64,000 bases of DNA from Promethearchaeota archaeon (lineage in GTDB: Archaea; Asgardarchaeota; Lokiarchaeia; Sigyniarchaeales; SOKP01): the NCBI GenBank assembly GCA_019894975.1, contig JAGXNO010000013.1, positions 1 to 64,000 of the forward strand, given 5' to 3'. Positions 36,482-46,695 of the stretch are shown one piece after another; the stretch's first letter is position 1, and each line of letters begins with the position of its first letter. The notes beneath the pieces were generated by a model. It saw only the letters and a list, made by a program, of their open reading frames with translations, made no database searches and was not told where the DNA came from. The translations under genes were made by a program, and so were the position numbers.

Positions 36482-36850
36482 TTGTATTGCTCTCAATGTA
36501 AAACGAATGTAGAAACAAAAAAAATGGAATTTAATATTGCTTTTGCAATATTCTTAGCTATATTCACTGGAGGAATTGGGTTATTAATTTATGTTGCAGT
36601 TTATTTAGACAGGGAGAAGAGACCTCGTTGTATTCAGTGTAATTCGGTTTGCTATGCTCTAACTAATACTCAACCAAGTCCGAAGTATCAATTAGTTACT
36701 ACAACTAACCAAGCTATGGATCAGAAAACGGTGTTAGTGACTCAAACTGAGGATGAAAAATCCAAATTCTGTTATAACTGTGGATCTGAACTAAATCAGA
36801 GAGAAGTTGCTCGATTTTGCCCACTATGTGGAACTAGTACCGATCAATAA
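36482..36850 (+). CDS. LITAF-like zinc-ribbon membrane protein (tandem paralog)
   Basis: CSQC - hydrophobic hairpin - CIQC, then CYNC..CPLC. Confidence 0.7.
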   Translation: MYCSQCKTNVETKKMEFNIAFAIFLAIFTGGIGLLIYVAVYLDREKRPRCIQCNSVCYALTNTQPSPKYQLVTTTNQAMDQKTVLVTQTEDEKSKFCYNCGSELNQREVARFCPLCGTSTDQ

Positions 36851-36996
36851 CAATTTTTTTTTATTCTTATATTATTTTTATAAATGGATTGAAATTATTA
36901 TATAAATTATTGAAATGGCAATTTTCTTTAGAACGATCTAATCTTCCAGTGAAGAAGTTTTTAAAAATTTATAGATCTTTGCGTTTAATAATCAAT

Positions 36997-38211
36997 TTAT
37001 TTAGTACTTAACGTTAATCTTTCTTTAATAATTTTTAAGATTGTTGATTCAACAGGAGCACATCCATGTATAAATATCCCATTTTCTTTATGATTTGATA
37101 TGCAATTTCCAATTAGAAACGTGTCTGAATAAAGATCTGATTCTGTTATTCCTTTTCCTATTGCTAAATTCAGAGGTTTTTCAGGAGTATAATGTTTATC
37201 AATAAATTCTTTATTATTTTTCAATAAATTGAAGACAGTCGATAAACAAGCAGAACAAGAGTCAATATCTATAAGATTAACGTTTTCATATTTAATTGTT
37301 ATTGATTTGGGAGGGGATTCTATAGGTCTGATAAATTCATTAATATCATCTGGAATTGTTTTTATGTCATTTAAAGACTTAATTGAGGGAAAAATAGACT
37401 CAGAAAGTAATTTCAAATGGGGCACATCCTCTAGAGACCATTTTGGTTGAGAGATAGCGAGAGCAACTATATCCGCTGCTAAAAAATTAGTAGAAGCTAT
37501 AACCGTGTCTAATTTTACAGCGTTCCCCGAGGATGGACCCATTCCCTCATGAGCATATGAAGCATCTATTATCACTAAATCAGGACGGATAACACTTCCG
37601 AGATCAGCTATAGCAATATCTAATTCTTTTATTTTTCCTATGGTTTTTTTCAATTCTTCAAGTATTTCTGGAGCTTGTAAGTGGTGTAGGGTGGTTTTAT
37701 CTCTTTTATATATCAGTCCCTTCATATTTTTAAAACTTAATGAGGCTCCGCAATGCATATGCATTTTTAAAACAGGGATAGAAACAGTATAATCAATTTC
37801 ATGCCAATAACCTGTTAATCGTATGTTTTTTAGAACTTTTCCATTCGGAATTTCTATGTTCACCGGAGAGCGATCATCCAAATCAATAAATTGCAGATCA
37901 TCATTTTTTAATAAATTTTTGTAGCCTGATTGCTCAAATGCTTTAAATGTATCTGTGTTTATTATTGGAGAATCACCAATTAAATATTTTGCTTCAAAGC
38001 GGTCTTTAAGATAATTAAAAATGGTATCAACGACTTCTGGGTTTGTATTAATACCTAAGTTAGGATCAACTTCTCTACCGACATTTGGCTTCAATAACAC
38101 TGTTTTCCCAGAGAGGTTTGGGATTTCAATCTTATCAAGAGCAGCATGAACTGCTTTTGAAATGTCTTTATTACGGTTAACTGAGACTATAGGTTTATTA
38201 TTTCCATTCAT
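36997..38211 (-). CDS. DUF362 iron-sulfur protein
   Basis: VLLKPN, PVLKMH, SFKNMKG, EGMGP; C-terminal CSAC, GNC, GCAP. Confidence 0.82.
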   Translation of the reverse strand: MNGNNKPIVSVNRNKDISKAVHAALDKIEIPNLSGKTVLLKPNVGREVDPNLGINTNPEVVDTIFNYLKDRFEAKYLIGDSPIINTDTFKAFEQSGYKNLLKNDDLQFIDLDDRSPVNIEIPNGKVLKNIRLTGYWHEIDYTVSIPVLKMHMHCGASLSFKNMKGLIYKRDKTTLHHLQAPEILEELKKTIGKIKELDIAIADLGSVIRPDLVIIDASYAHEGMGPSSGNAVKLDTVIASTNFLAADIVALAISQPKWSLEDVPHLKLLSESIFPSIKSLNDIKTIPDDINEFIRPIESPPKSITIKYENVNLIDIDSCSACLSTVFNLLKNNKEFIDKHYTPEKPLNLAIGKGITESDLYSDTFLIGNCISNHKENGIFIHGCAPVESTILKIIKERLTLSTK

Positions 38212-39080
38212 TATGTAAGTCCTAGAAATTCGATAATTTTATTCTTCATCAGGTCTTTACTAGGTTTTTTATTTAACCACCATTCAAATGCTACTATTCC
38301 TTGATTAACGAGCATATCTAAACCACCTAGTGTTTCACATCCAATCTCTGCTGCCTCTTTCATCAATCTAGTTTCAAGAGGGTTGTAAACAACATCAAAT
38401 ACGAAAAGATCATCATGAAGCAATTCTTTTGGTATCGGAGTTTCATCAACTTTTGGGTACATTCCAATGGGAGTTGCATTGATAAGAATATCTGTTTTTT
38501 TTATATGTTTCTCAATAATATCCTCATTGCTTAGATATCCTTCAATATCTACTTTCATACCATCCTTGATTTCATTAGCAAGTAGTTTTGCCCTATTCTC
38601 GATTAAATCAGTTAAAACAATTTTATTAGCTTCTTCTGCTAAAATATAAGCTATGGCTCTTGAAACACCCCCTGAACCTAGAATGAGAACATTTTTCCCA
38701 GAGACATCTAATCCCATTTCCAATAGAGATTTCTTTGCTCCCCCAGCATCGGTATTTCTTGCTTTTAAAACCCCCTCTTCATTTTTAATTGTATTTATTG
38801 CGCCTATTTTAAGTGCTAGGGGATCAACCTCATCTATATACTTAATGATTGTTTTTTTATGAGGGATTGTGACGTTTACACCCTTGATTTCCAATGATCT
38901 TATACCAATCATGGCTTTTTCGAGATTGTCAGGATGAACATCAAAAGCTACATAAATATAATCAAGGCCAAGTTCTTGGAGAGCGGTGTTAAACATGATT
39001 GGGGACATGCTATGAGCTATTGGGTGACCCAAAACTCCCAAAACTTTCGTTTGTGAAGTTATTCTATTTGAAATAGGCAT
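38211..39080 (-). CDS. aroE: Shikimate dehydrogenase
   Basis: HSMSP, NVTIPHK, NTD, GSGG, NATPIGM, DVVYNP. Confidence 0.95.
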   Translation of the reverse strand: MPISNRITSQTKVLGVLGHPIAHSMSPIMFNTALQELGLDYIYVAFDVHPDNLEKAMIGIRSLEIKGVNVTIPHKKTIIKYIDEVDPLALKIGAINTIKNEEGVLKARNTDAGGAKKSLLEMGLDVSGKNVLILGSGGVSRAIAYILAEEANKIVLTDLIENRAKLLANEIKDGMKVDIEGYLSNEDIIEKHIKKTDILINATPIGMYPKVDETPIPKELLHDDLFVFDVVYNPLETRLMKEAAEIGCETLGGLDMLVNQGIVAFEWWLNKKPSKDLMKNKIIEFLGLT

Positions 39081-39169
39081 CTTGCAAGCAGAAGTTTTAA
39101 ATTTTATTTAAATTAAATAGAATAAGAAAAATTGTAATATATAATTATTTAGCTAAAATGAGGTAAAAT

Positions 39170-39739
39170 TTGAAGATGGATAAAGTTAGATTAAGTACAG
39201 GAATGACTACCTTTCCAATGCCAGCAGCAGTTATATCAGTGGGAATTGGGGATGAAGCAAATTTAATCACGCTTGCCTATGTGGGAAAAGTATGCTTGAA
39301 TCCTCCGATTATTGCGATATCTATACAACCAAAACGTCATTCGTACAAATTAATAGAGGAACATGGAGAATTTGGGATAAATTATCCCAATATTGACCAG
39401 TTGAGAGATATGGATTATTGTGGAACAAGGTCAGGAAGAGACGTAAACAAATGGAAAGAGTTAAACCTGACTAAAGAAAATGCATCAATAATTCAAGTAC
39501 CACTTGTAAAAGAATTCCCTTGGAATATGGAATGCAAGGTTATTCAGAGAACAGAATTAGGATCTCATGTATGTTATTTTGGTGAAGTTCTAGCCGTACA
39601 TTCTGATGAAAATCTTGTCAAAAACAACAATATTGATCCCGATAAAATTAGCACCTTTGCCTATATATCAGGTTATTATGTTAGTTTAGAAAAGGGTGCA
39701 ATAGGTAGGCACGGATTTTCATTTGGAGACAGTAAGTAA
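39170..39739 (+). CDS. Flavin reductase family (flavoredoxin-like)
   Basis: CGTRSGRDVNK, MECKV, LGSH. Confidence 0.85.
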   Translation: MKMDKVRLSTGMTTFPMPAAVISVGIGDEANLITLAYVGKVCLNPPIIAISIQPKRHSYKLIEEHGEFGINYPNIDQLRDMDYCGTRSGRDVNKWKELNLTKENASIIQVPLVKEFPWNMECKVIQRTELGSHVCYFGEVLAVHSDENLVKNNNIDPDKISTFAYISGYYVSLEKGAIGRHGFSFGDSK

Positions 39740-39754
39740 AGTAAAAAGGTAAAA

Positions 39755-40285
39755 ATGAAGAAAGCTTGTATTGCTCTTATTGGTTTTATGGCAACGGGTA
39801 AGACTACCGTAGGAAAAGCATTAGCGAAGCATTTAGGAGATGCCTTCAAATTCATAGAAACTGATCAGATAATAATTGAAATGGTAGGAAAAACTATTCC
39901 CGATATTTTTTCTGAAGATGGTGAGGTTAAATTTAGAGAATACGAAGTAGCAGCTTGTAAAAAAGTTTCAAACCTTTCAAATATTATTGTGTCATGCGGA
40001 GGAGGAGTTGTTTTAAATAAGGTGAATATTGATAATTTAAAATTGAATTGTCACATAGTCTTATTGGAAGCATCTATTGAGGAAATTTATAAAAGAGCTA
40101 TGAGAGATGGGAAAGAAACTAGGCCTGTAATCAATAAGGATGATCCTAAAAAAGAAATAGAAAATGTTCTAGTTTTTCGAAAACCCTACTATCAAGCAGC
40201 AGCAGAATATATTATTGATACTACCAGTAAGGAAATACAAGATATTGTTGAGGAAATTGTTATAAAAACTCATTTAAAAACCTAA
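39755..40285 (+). CDS. aroK: Shikimate kinase, P-loop (bacterial AroK) type
   Basis: GFMATGKTT, FREYE, SCGGG, RP, R.PYY. Confidence 0.9.
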   Translation: MKKACIALIGFMATGKTTVGKALAKHLGDAFKFIETDQIIIEMVGKTIPDIFSEDGEVKFREYEVAACKKVSNLSNIIVSCGGGVVLNKVNIDNLKLNCHIVLLEASIEEIYKRAMRDGKETRPVINKDDPKKEIENVLVFRKPYYQAAAEYIIDTTSKEIQDIVEEIVIKTHLKT

Positions 40286-40348
40286 ATTTAAATTAATCAA
40301 ACCTACTAATTATATAAAATATTTTACGAACGGGTTAAGGTTGGTTTA

Positions 40349-40519
40349 ATGACTGAATATAAAAGAGTTAAGTGCATAAATTGTGGAGAAGAAAATCCAC
40401 GGAAATTACATGAGGAACAAGATAAAAATCAAGTCCTTTATTATTCGATGCAAGGGACACCAGTTTATAAGTATAAAATGAAATGTGGCTCATGCGGAAC
40501 TAAATTTGATAAAGCATAA
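40349..40519 (+). CDS. Small zinc-ribbon protein, 56 aa (not in the ORF track)
   Basis: MTEYKRVKCINCG...KMKCGSCGTKFDKA*; two CxxC pairs; T-rich tract follows. Confidence 0.75.
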   Translation: MTEYKRVKCINCGEENPRKLHEEQDKNQVLYYSMQGTPVYKYKMKCGSCGTKFDKA

Positions 40520-40575
40520 TAAATATTCCCTTATTTTTATCTCTCATTTTTTTAAATTTTTTACTCAAGATAAAT

Positions 40576-41331
40576 CTAATTTGATCTATTCAAAAATAGA
40601 TTTAAAGAGGCTCTCATATCCTTTACATTGATTTGTCCTGGGGCAGTCTCTTCAACTATGGAAGCATATGTTAAAAATGAACCATTTAAAACACAACATA
40701 TTCTAGAGAAGATACCTAACGTTCCCATGCAAAAAGATATAATATTCATCTTTCTTGTTGAGAATTCTTTACATATTTTTAAAGAAATGAGATTATCTTC
40801 AAAATCATTTGCTTTACACACTAATTTAAAGATAACTTTCTCTAATCTATTTGAATCCAAACCAAACTCCTCTTTCATGATCTCTAAGAATTTCTGGATT
40901 TGATCAGAAAGTACCTCATAAGACGGTGTTTCATCAAAATTATGGTATGAGAAAATTAAGTTTACATCATTTTGATTAGTTAAATTTAAGATATCTTTTA
41001 GCATTCTTTTTTCTGTATTCATTTCTATATCTAAATAATGTGGTTGAGATAAAACAAGGGTTTTTAAGATATTAAACCTTGTTTTCTCATCAATTTTGAT
41101 TTTTCCGCCTTCATGAGGGGATCTAAACGTAAAAATAACTGGGATTTTTGGATAGACATTATCTAGCATTTCAGTAATAAAATTTTGGGTTATTTTCTGA
41201 ACATCATCGATATAATCATATCTAAATTCAATTAGATTAGGATTAAATCCCATTACATTTTCAATTCTTGATTTAAACTCGAGAATGTTCGCAGATTTGA
41301 TGGGTATTGGTACACATATTTTGAATTTCAT
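40576..41331 (-). CDS. aroD: Type I 3-dehydroquinate dehydratase
   Basis: EFRYD, FTFR..EGG, SYHNF, MG..G..SR, APGQ. Confidence 0.92.
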   Translation of the reverse strand: MKFKICVPIPIKSANILEFKSRIENVMGFNPNLIEFRYDYIDDVQKITQNFITEMLDNVYPKIPVIFTFRSPHEGGKIKIDEKTRFNILKTLVLSQPHYLDIEMNTEKRMLKDILNLTNQNDVNLIFSYHNFDETPSYEVLSDQIQKFLEIMKEEFGLDSNRLEKVIFKLVCKANDFEDNLISLKICKEFSTRKMNIISFCMGTLGIFSRICCVLNGSFLTYASIVEETAPGQINVKDMRASLNLFLNRSN

Positions 41332-41361
41332 AATAAGTAAATTATAAATTAGTAGAAAAAA

Positions 41362-42027
41362 TTAAAACTCAATTATTTTCTTTATATCATCTTCAGTATA
41401 TTTCAAAGTAGCTGTTGCATCTACTTTTTTCAATTTTCCTTTTTTCTTATAGTACTTAATTACAGGCTTTGCATTTTTCTCGTAGGTATCTAATCGGTTT
41501 TTTAGAGTATCTTCTGTATCATCGCTCCTTTGTTTAAATTCTATTTCAGCACCACATTTATCGCAAACCCATTTGTTTTCCTCTATTTTTTCTTTTGGTG
41601 GTAAGGTGTACTTATTGTAAATTTCATTACACTCGCCACAGCTAAATCTTCCGAGTATTCGTTTTGTAATTATATCCCGACTAACTTCTAATAAGAGAAG
41701 AAAATCAACCTGAGTCATTTCACTTAAAGCTTTTGCTTGAGACATATTACGAGGGAATCCATCGAGGAGGAAGCCGCTTTTTTCAACATCCTCCCTACTT
41801 AACCTGTCTCTAACCATTTCAATAGTAACATCATCAGGAACCAATTCTCCCTTATCCATATACGATTTAGCTTTTAATCCTAGGGGTGTTTCATTTTTAA
41901 GATTTTCCCGAAAGATATCCCCCGTGCTTATATGAGCAATATCTGGTAATATCTTTTTAATTTGTCCGGAAAAAGTGCCTTTTCCGGCTCCAGGAGGTCC
42001 AAACAAGATTAACTTTAGCTTTTTCAT
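41362..42027 (-). CDS. adk: Adenylate kinase, bacterial/eukaryotic type with Zn-binding LID
   Basis: GPPGAGKGT, HISTGD, LDGFPR, CGEC..CDKC, QRSDD. Confidence 0.93.
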   Translation of the reverse strand: MKKLKLILFGPPGAGKGTFSGQIKKILPDIAHISTGDIFRENLKNETPLGLKAKSYMDKGELVPDDVTIEMVRDRLSREDVEKSGFLLDGFPRNMSQAKALSEMTQVDFLLLLEVSRDIITKRILGRFSCGECNEIYNKYTLPPKEKIEENKWVCDKCGAEIEFKQRSDDTEDTLKNRLDTYEKNAKPVIKYYKKKGKLKKVDATATLKYTEDDIKKIIEF

Positions 42028-42108
42028 TTTGATTGATCTCTAAATTTTAGTTTTTAAAAACTTGATTTTGTTATAATTATTGATGTAAATTAACGCCTTT
42101 AAAAAAAT

Positions 42109-42696
42109 TTATCCCGTGTGATAAGATTGTTCTACTTTATTAATCAAGGATTTTACTTTTCGTCTTTCTCGTAAACTGAATAAAGTAGCATAGCCACGCT
42201 TTATAGAAGAACCAAAGTAAGTGTTTCCAAAAAAGGTATTGGATTTATTTATTGCGTTTAATAATAATTTTATACTTCCAATATGAAGATAAATTGATAT
42301 ATCATTAATGATCAATACTGGTGTTGGATTTCCATTGAAAATATTAAGAATTTCTGATGTCTTCTTTAAATTTTCACGCGCATATTGATATAATTCCGTT
42401 TTGTTGCTTGATTTTAGGCGAGGAGGGATAATATCTCCTTTAAATATGATATTATTACAAGTACTACTTTGTTTGTAAAAATCTTGAATTTGTCCCCCAA
42501 TCTTCAGATTTTTTATTTCCATTAAAGAAGGAGCAAAATCTAATATACTAATTTCCTTTGAGCGTATGTGCTTCGATTCTAATAAAAATTTAACAAACTC
42601 AGATGTTTGGTAAGTTTTATAAGTATTTGTTTCTCCATACAAAAGAGTAGAGTGATTAACTAAATTATCAAAATTTAAGTTTAAACCAAATGTCAT
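42109..42696 (-). CDS. Hypothetical protein with degenerate P-loop NTPase motifs
   Basis: TLLYGETNTYKT (altered Walker A); VLIIND (Walker B-like). Confidence 0.5.
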   Translation of the reverse strand: MTFGLNLNFDNLVNHSTLLYGETNTYKTYQTSEFVKFLLESKHIRSKEISILDFAPSLMEIKNLKIGGQIQDFYKQSSTCNNIIFKGDIIPPRLKSSNKTELYQYARENLKKTSEILNIFNGNPTPVLIINDISIYLHIGSIKLLLNAINKSNTFFGNTYFGSSIKRGYATLFSLRERRKVKSLINKVEQSYHTG

Positions 42697-42737
42697 ATAA
42701 TATTCAAAAAAATTTTGTTATTTTTATCTTACCTGAC

Positions 42738-43304
42738 TTAATCGAAATCTTTCCAAGTGATTCCTGCTTTCTCTAGAAAAGATAGTATTACATAACCTAT
42801 AAGAGCTCCAGGGATACTACTCACGGCAAATAAACCCCAATAAATTAAGAAACCTTCGATTGCAGAAGCATCTACCATAGGTAAAATTAACTGTGCTATA
42901 GTCCCCCCTATGAATACTGTACCTAATGGCTCAATTAATGCTGCAAATTCCACAAATTTCGGAAATTTTCGACGTAAAAAATATGCCATCGCTCCAACTA
43001 CTAATGCTCCAGCCATTCCTCCGTGGAATGCATGAATTGTCCCTATCCCTAGAGAAAAACGTAGAATTGCAATACCTAATGCTGTAACAACTGAAAAGAC
43101 GAGGCCAATCAACACACCAGTTATAGCATTAATAACATGAGCAAAGGGATTGATTTTTGCCCCAGCTATCTCAAGGTATGCAAATGGATTAAGATAGCTT
43201 AGAATTAACCCAACTGCTATAAAAATACCAGTAGTGGCTACTTTTATTGTCTTTGGATTCTGAAATATTCTTTTTTCTTCAACATTAGAATTTTTCTCGC
43301 CCAT
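42738..43304 (-). CDS. thiW: ECF transporter S component, ThiW family
   Basis: PFAHVINAITGV, LRFSLGIGT, EPLGT..IG. Confidence 0.82.
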   Translation of the reverse strand: MGEKNSNVEEKRIFQNPKTIKVATTGIFIAVGLILSYLNPFAYLEIAGAKINPFAHVINAITGVLIGLVFSVVTALGIAILRFSLGIGTIHAFHGGMAGALVVGAMAYFLRRKFPKFVEFAALIEPLGTVFIGGTIAQLILPMVDASAIEGFLIYWGLFAVSSIPGALIGYVILSFLEKAGITWKDFD

Positions 43305-43394
43305 ACTTATTACATCTCATTTCATTTCTTTAAATTAAATATTAAATTATAGTCCAAAATTTAAAGTTTATTTAATCTAATAATCCGGATAAGT

Positions 43395-43994
43395 TCAATC
43401 ATTCCTAATAATATTAAAGATTTTTCTAATTTTTTCAACTATATCGGTTGAATTCATTCCAAATAACCTAATCATTGGTTCTTTTCCAATCGATCCTTTA
43501 TCCCAAATAATATCTGGTATCTTCCCGTCCTTGTCTATGCTCTCTTTAATCAACCACTGCATGGTAGAAAATTCTTTAGTTTTAACTTTTTCAGGTTGTC
43601 TTTCTCTCTTAATTTCAATTAGTATGAGATCAGTTTTCTTCTGAATTTTTTTTACTAATTCAGGTGTGTATTTCAAATTCATTACAAAATTTATAGAATT
43701 ATCGAACTCTTTTGCTGTAAGAACTAATCTTGCTGTGTGTTCAGCAACTCCAAATTTGATATTTCCCGCCGCTTTAGGAAGTCCATCAACAATCGTAATT
43801 CTACCATCAATTCCTGCTACGTCTTCTTTTGTTTTCGCGTCTATTAAAGCTCCTGCAATATTTGTTCGTACTTCTGGAATTAATTTGCAGAATTGTTTAG
43901 TAGTAATAAAGTTATAAATTTCTCGAATCTGATTTATGACTTCTAACTGTTCCTTTGAGAGTAAGGGCTCTAAGGGCTTATTGTTTTCCATCAA
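43395..43994 (-). CDS. ThiN-type thiamine-phosphate synthase domain protein
   Basis: LIPEVRTN, GRI, FG..H.AR, GKEPMI. Confidence 0.82.
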   Translation of the reverse strand: MMENNKPLEPLLSKEQLEVINQIREIYNFITTKQFCKLIPEVRTNIAGALIDAKTKEDVAGIDGRITIVDGLPKAAGNIKFGVAEHTARLVLTAKEFDNSINFVMNLKYTPELVKKIQKKTDLILIEIKRERQPEKVKTKEFSTMQWLIKESIDKDGKIPDIIWDKGSIGKEPMIRLFGMNSTDIVEKIRKIFNIIRND

Positions 43995-44062
43995 ATCTAT
44001 AAGTAATATAAATTTATTTAATTTATCGATTAATCATACAATTTTGGTTAGAGTAAGGTTTT

Positions 44063-44746
44063 ATGATAAAAATAGGAGATATTACGATAAATCCCTCTAA
44101 GGTACTTTGTTTAGGTACTAACTACATGGATCATATAGAAGAAACAGGATTGGATATACCAAAAGAACCACTTCTCTTTCCAAAAACACCTAATTGTTTA
44201 ATAACTAACAATCAACCAATTATATACCCTAAATATTTGAAAGATAATAGAAAATATAATAGAGTTGATTATGAAGTAGAGCTAGCTTTTATAGTTAAAG
44301 ATAAGTGTAAAAATGTATCTTCGGATGATGTTTATAATCATATCTTAGGATATACTGTTTTTAATGATATAACGGCCCGTAAAATGCAAACTATGGATAT
44401 AGTTTCACAGAAACCATGGTTTCGCTCTAAATCATTTGATACTTTTGGGCCTATAGGTCCTGTTATTAAAAAAGTGGACGAAATCACAGATCCTCATAAT
44501 CTCAATATTGAATTAAAGGTAAATAAGGAAATTAAACAAGCTTCAAATACAAAACATTTGTTATTTAAGATTCCTGAGACTTTTGAATATATTACACAAC
44601 TTTTTACAATGGAGCCCGGTGATATTATTGCCACAGGTACTCCTGCAGGAATAGGTCCTGTTGTTCCGGGAGATTTGATTGAAGCGACAATCGAAGGAAT
44701 TGGTACTCTTACAAATAAAGTAATTTTAGAAGGAGATGATAATTAA
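44063..44746 (+). CDS. Fumarylacetoacetate hydrolase family protein
   Basis: DYEVEL, NDITAR, KSFDTF, GDIIATGTP. Confidence 0.9.
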   Translation: MIKIGDITINPSKVLCLGTNYMDHIEETGLDIPKEPLLFPKTPNCLITNNQPIIYPKYLKDNRKYNRVDYEVELAFIVKDKCKNVSSDDVYNHILGYTVFNDITARKMQTMDIVSQKPWFRSKSFDTFGPIGPVIKKVDEITDPHNLNIELKVNKEIKQASNTKHLLFKIPETFEYITQLFTMEPGDIIATGTPAGIGPVVPGDLIEATIEGIGTLTNKVILEGDDN

Positions 44747-44748
44747 TT

Positions 44749-45420
44749 TTGAATATTGGTTCTACAGAGATAAAGCCCACAAAAATCGTTTGTATCGGTC
44801 GAAATTATCTGAAACACGCTAAAGAATTAAATTCACCTGTACCTACTGAGCCCGTTTTTTTTGTAAAGACAATAAATACGCTTATAACAGATGAGAAACC
44901 TATTATATATCCCAGAATTCTTTATGAAAATGAGGAGTTCAATCGAGTAGATCATGAAGTTGAGTTAGCTTTTATTCTGTCAAAGAAGTGTAAAAATATC
45001 TCTTCAGATGAAGCTTTTGATTACATTCAGGGATATTCAATATTTCTCGATATGACCGCAAGAAAGATGCAGATTTTTGACCGAAATAAAAATTTGCCTT
45101 GGTATCGTAGTAAGAACTTTGATACTTTTTCAGTTATTGGTCCTCGTATAGTTCCTCCAAATGAGATTGAAGATCCTCATAATCTAAAAATAGAATTACT
45201 ATTGAATGGGAAAACACAGCAATCTTCAAACACCAGTTATATGATTTTTAAAATTCCAGAGATGATTGAATATCTTTCAAGTTTTTTAACGCTTGAAAAA
45301 GGAGATATTATAGCAACCGGTACACCAAGTGGAGTTGGACCTATTCAACCAGGAGATGTTATTAAAGCATCCATAGAAAAAATTGGCACTATTACCCATG
45401 AAGTTATTTTAGAAGACTAG
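44749..45420 (+). CDS. Fumarylacetoacetate hydrolase family protein (tandem paralog)
   Basis: DHEVEL, DMTAR, KNFDTF, GDIIATGTP. Confidence 0.9.
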   Translation: MNIGSTEIKPTKIVCIGRNYLKHAKELNSPVPTEPVFFVKTINTLITDEKPIIYPRILYENEEFNRVDHEVELAFILSKKCKNISSDEAFDYIQGYSIFLDMTARKMQIFDRNKNLPWYRSKNFDTFSVIGPRIVPPNEIEDPHNLKIELLLNGKTQQSSNTSYMIFKIPEMIEYLSSFLTLEKGDIIATGTPSGVGPIQPGDVIKASIEKIGTITHEVILED

Positions 45421-45524
45421 AGCTGTTGACTAGTTTTAGTAATTTCACAGTTTTAATCTACAATATGCCACACATATATAAATTTGTATTTTATTATTTA
45501 CCTTAAGACAAAACAATATCAAAA

Positions 45525-46667
45525 ATGGAAAAGAAAGTATTAATTGCTTCGGAATCAGCATTTCGAAGGAATTTTCTATCTGAAATACTTGGGTCTCACA
45601 AGAATATAAGAATAGTGGGTCTTGTAAGGAATGCTAAAGAAGCATTAGAAATAATTGGGAACCAAAGTCAAGATGCTCTAATTTTAGATATTGAATTTGA
45701 GAATGAAGATTGGTTTAGTCAATTTTATCCAATGATGAAAACCTTTCCAATTAAAACTATTATCTTAAGTGATAAAAATCCTGAAACGCTGGATTCTTCG
45801 AAGATACCTATAATTTTAAAATCATATGATTATATCGTTAAACCTGATGGTATTTGGAAGGAAGAATTGCCGAAAATTAGGGATGTAATAATTTCAAAAG
45901 TGTTAATGGTTGACATACCTAAAATACATAAATTAGACAGTAGAACAAGACAGTTTAATAAAAATTTATTCATAAAACAAAGTCAGAAATCAGATGAAAC
46001 AAACCATCAAAATTCTACTAAGATAATTAAACCAAATATTTCCTCAAGATCAGAGGAGTACTTTTTAGATCTATCACCCTTTACCATTAAAAAACTAGAA
46101 ACAAAAATTGTTGTAATAGGAGCTAGTGTAGGGGGCCCTAGAACACTAAAAACTATCTTTAGTGAAGTTCCCCAAGATTTTTCTGCCCCTATATTAGTTG
46201 TTCAACATTTGAACCATCTCTTTATGCGACAGTTTGTAACTTCTGTAAGGAATATTTGTAAATTAGAGGTAAAGATTGGACTAAATTATGAAGAGATTCA
46301 ACCCGGAATAATTTATTTCTCTCCTGGAGACAAACATATGCAAGTCACCGTTAAAAATAGCAAACCTTGTATTAGAACGTTTGAGGGAGAACCAGTAAAT
46401 TTTTGCAGACCATCTGTAGATGTACTATTTTATTCTACTACAAGAGTGTATAAGGAAAAAACTCTCGGGATATTATTGACCGGAATGGGAAAAGATGGTG
46501 TTAATGGACTTCAAGCGATTAAAGCTGAAGGGGGAAAGACAATTGCTGAATCTGAAGAAACAAGTATATTATATGGTATGCCTAAAGTTGCTGCTGAAAC
46601 TGGGGCTGCAGACAAAATTATACCCAATTATAATATTGTAAAAGAAATGATAAGATTTGCGAATTAA
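45525..46667 (+). CDS. cheB: CheB protein-glutamate methylesterase with atypical receiver domain
   Basis: GASVGGP, VVQH, RPSVD, LTGMGKDG, YGMP. Confidence 0.9.
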   Translation: MEKKVLIASESAFRRNFLSEILGSHKNIRIVGLVRNAKEALEIIGNQSQDALILDIEFENEDWFSQFYPMMKTFPIKTIILSDKNPETLDSSKIPIILKSYDYIVKPDGIWKEELPKIRDVIISKVLMVDIPKIHKLDSRTRQFNKNLFIKQSQKSDETNHQNSTKIIKPNISSRSEEYFLDLSPFTIKKLETKIVVIGASVGGPRTLKTIFSEVPQDFSAPILVVQHLNHLFMRQFVTSVRNICKLEVKIGLNYEEIQPGIIYFSPGDKHMQVTVKNSKPCIRTFEGEPVNFCRPSVDVLFYSTTRVYKEKTLGILLTGMGKDGVNGLQAIKAEGGKTIAESEETSILYGMPKVAAETGAADKIIPNYNIVKEMIRFAN

Positions 46668-46695
46668 ATTTTTTAACTATAACCGATTTTAATAG

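Noticed and set aside
42738-44062. TPP riboswitch near thiW and the ThiN-domain gene
   Set aside because: Upstream spacers are short, AT-rich and lack the conserved core
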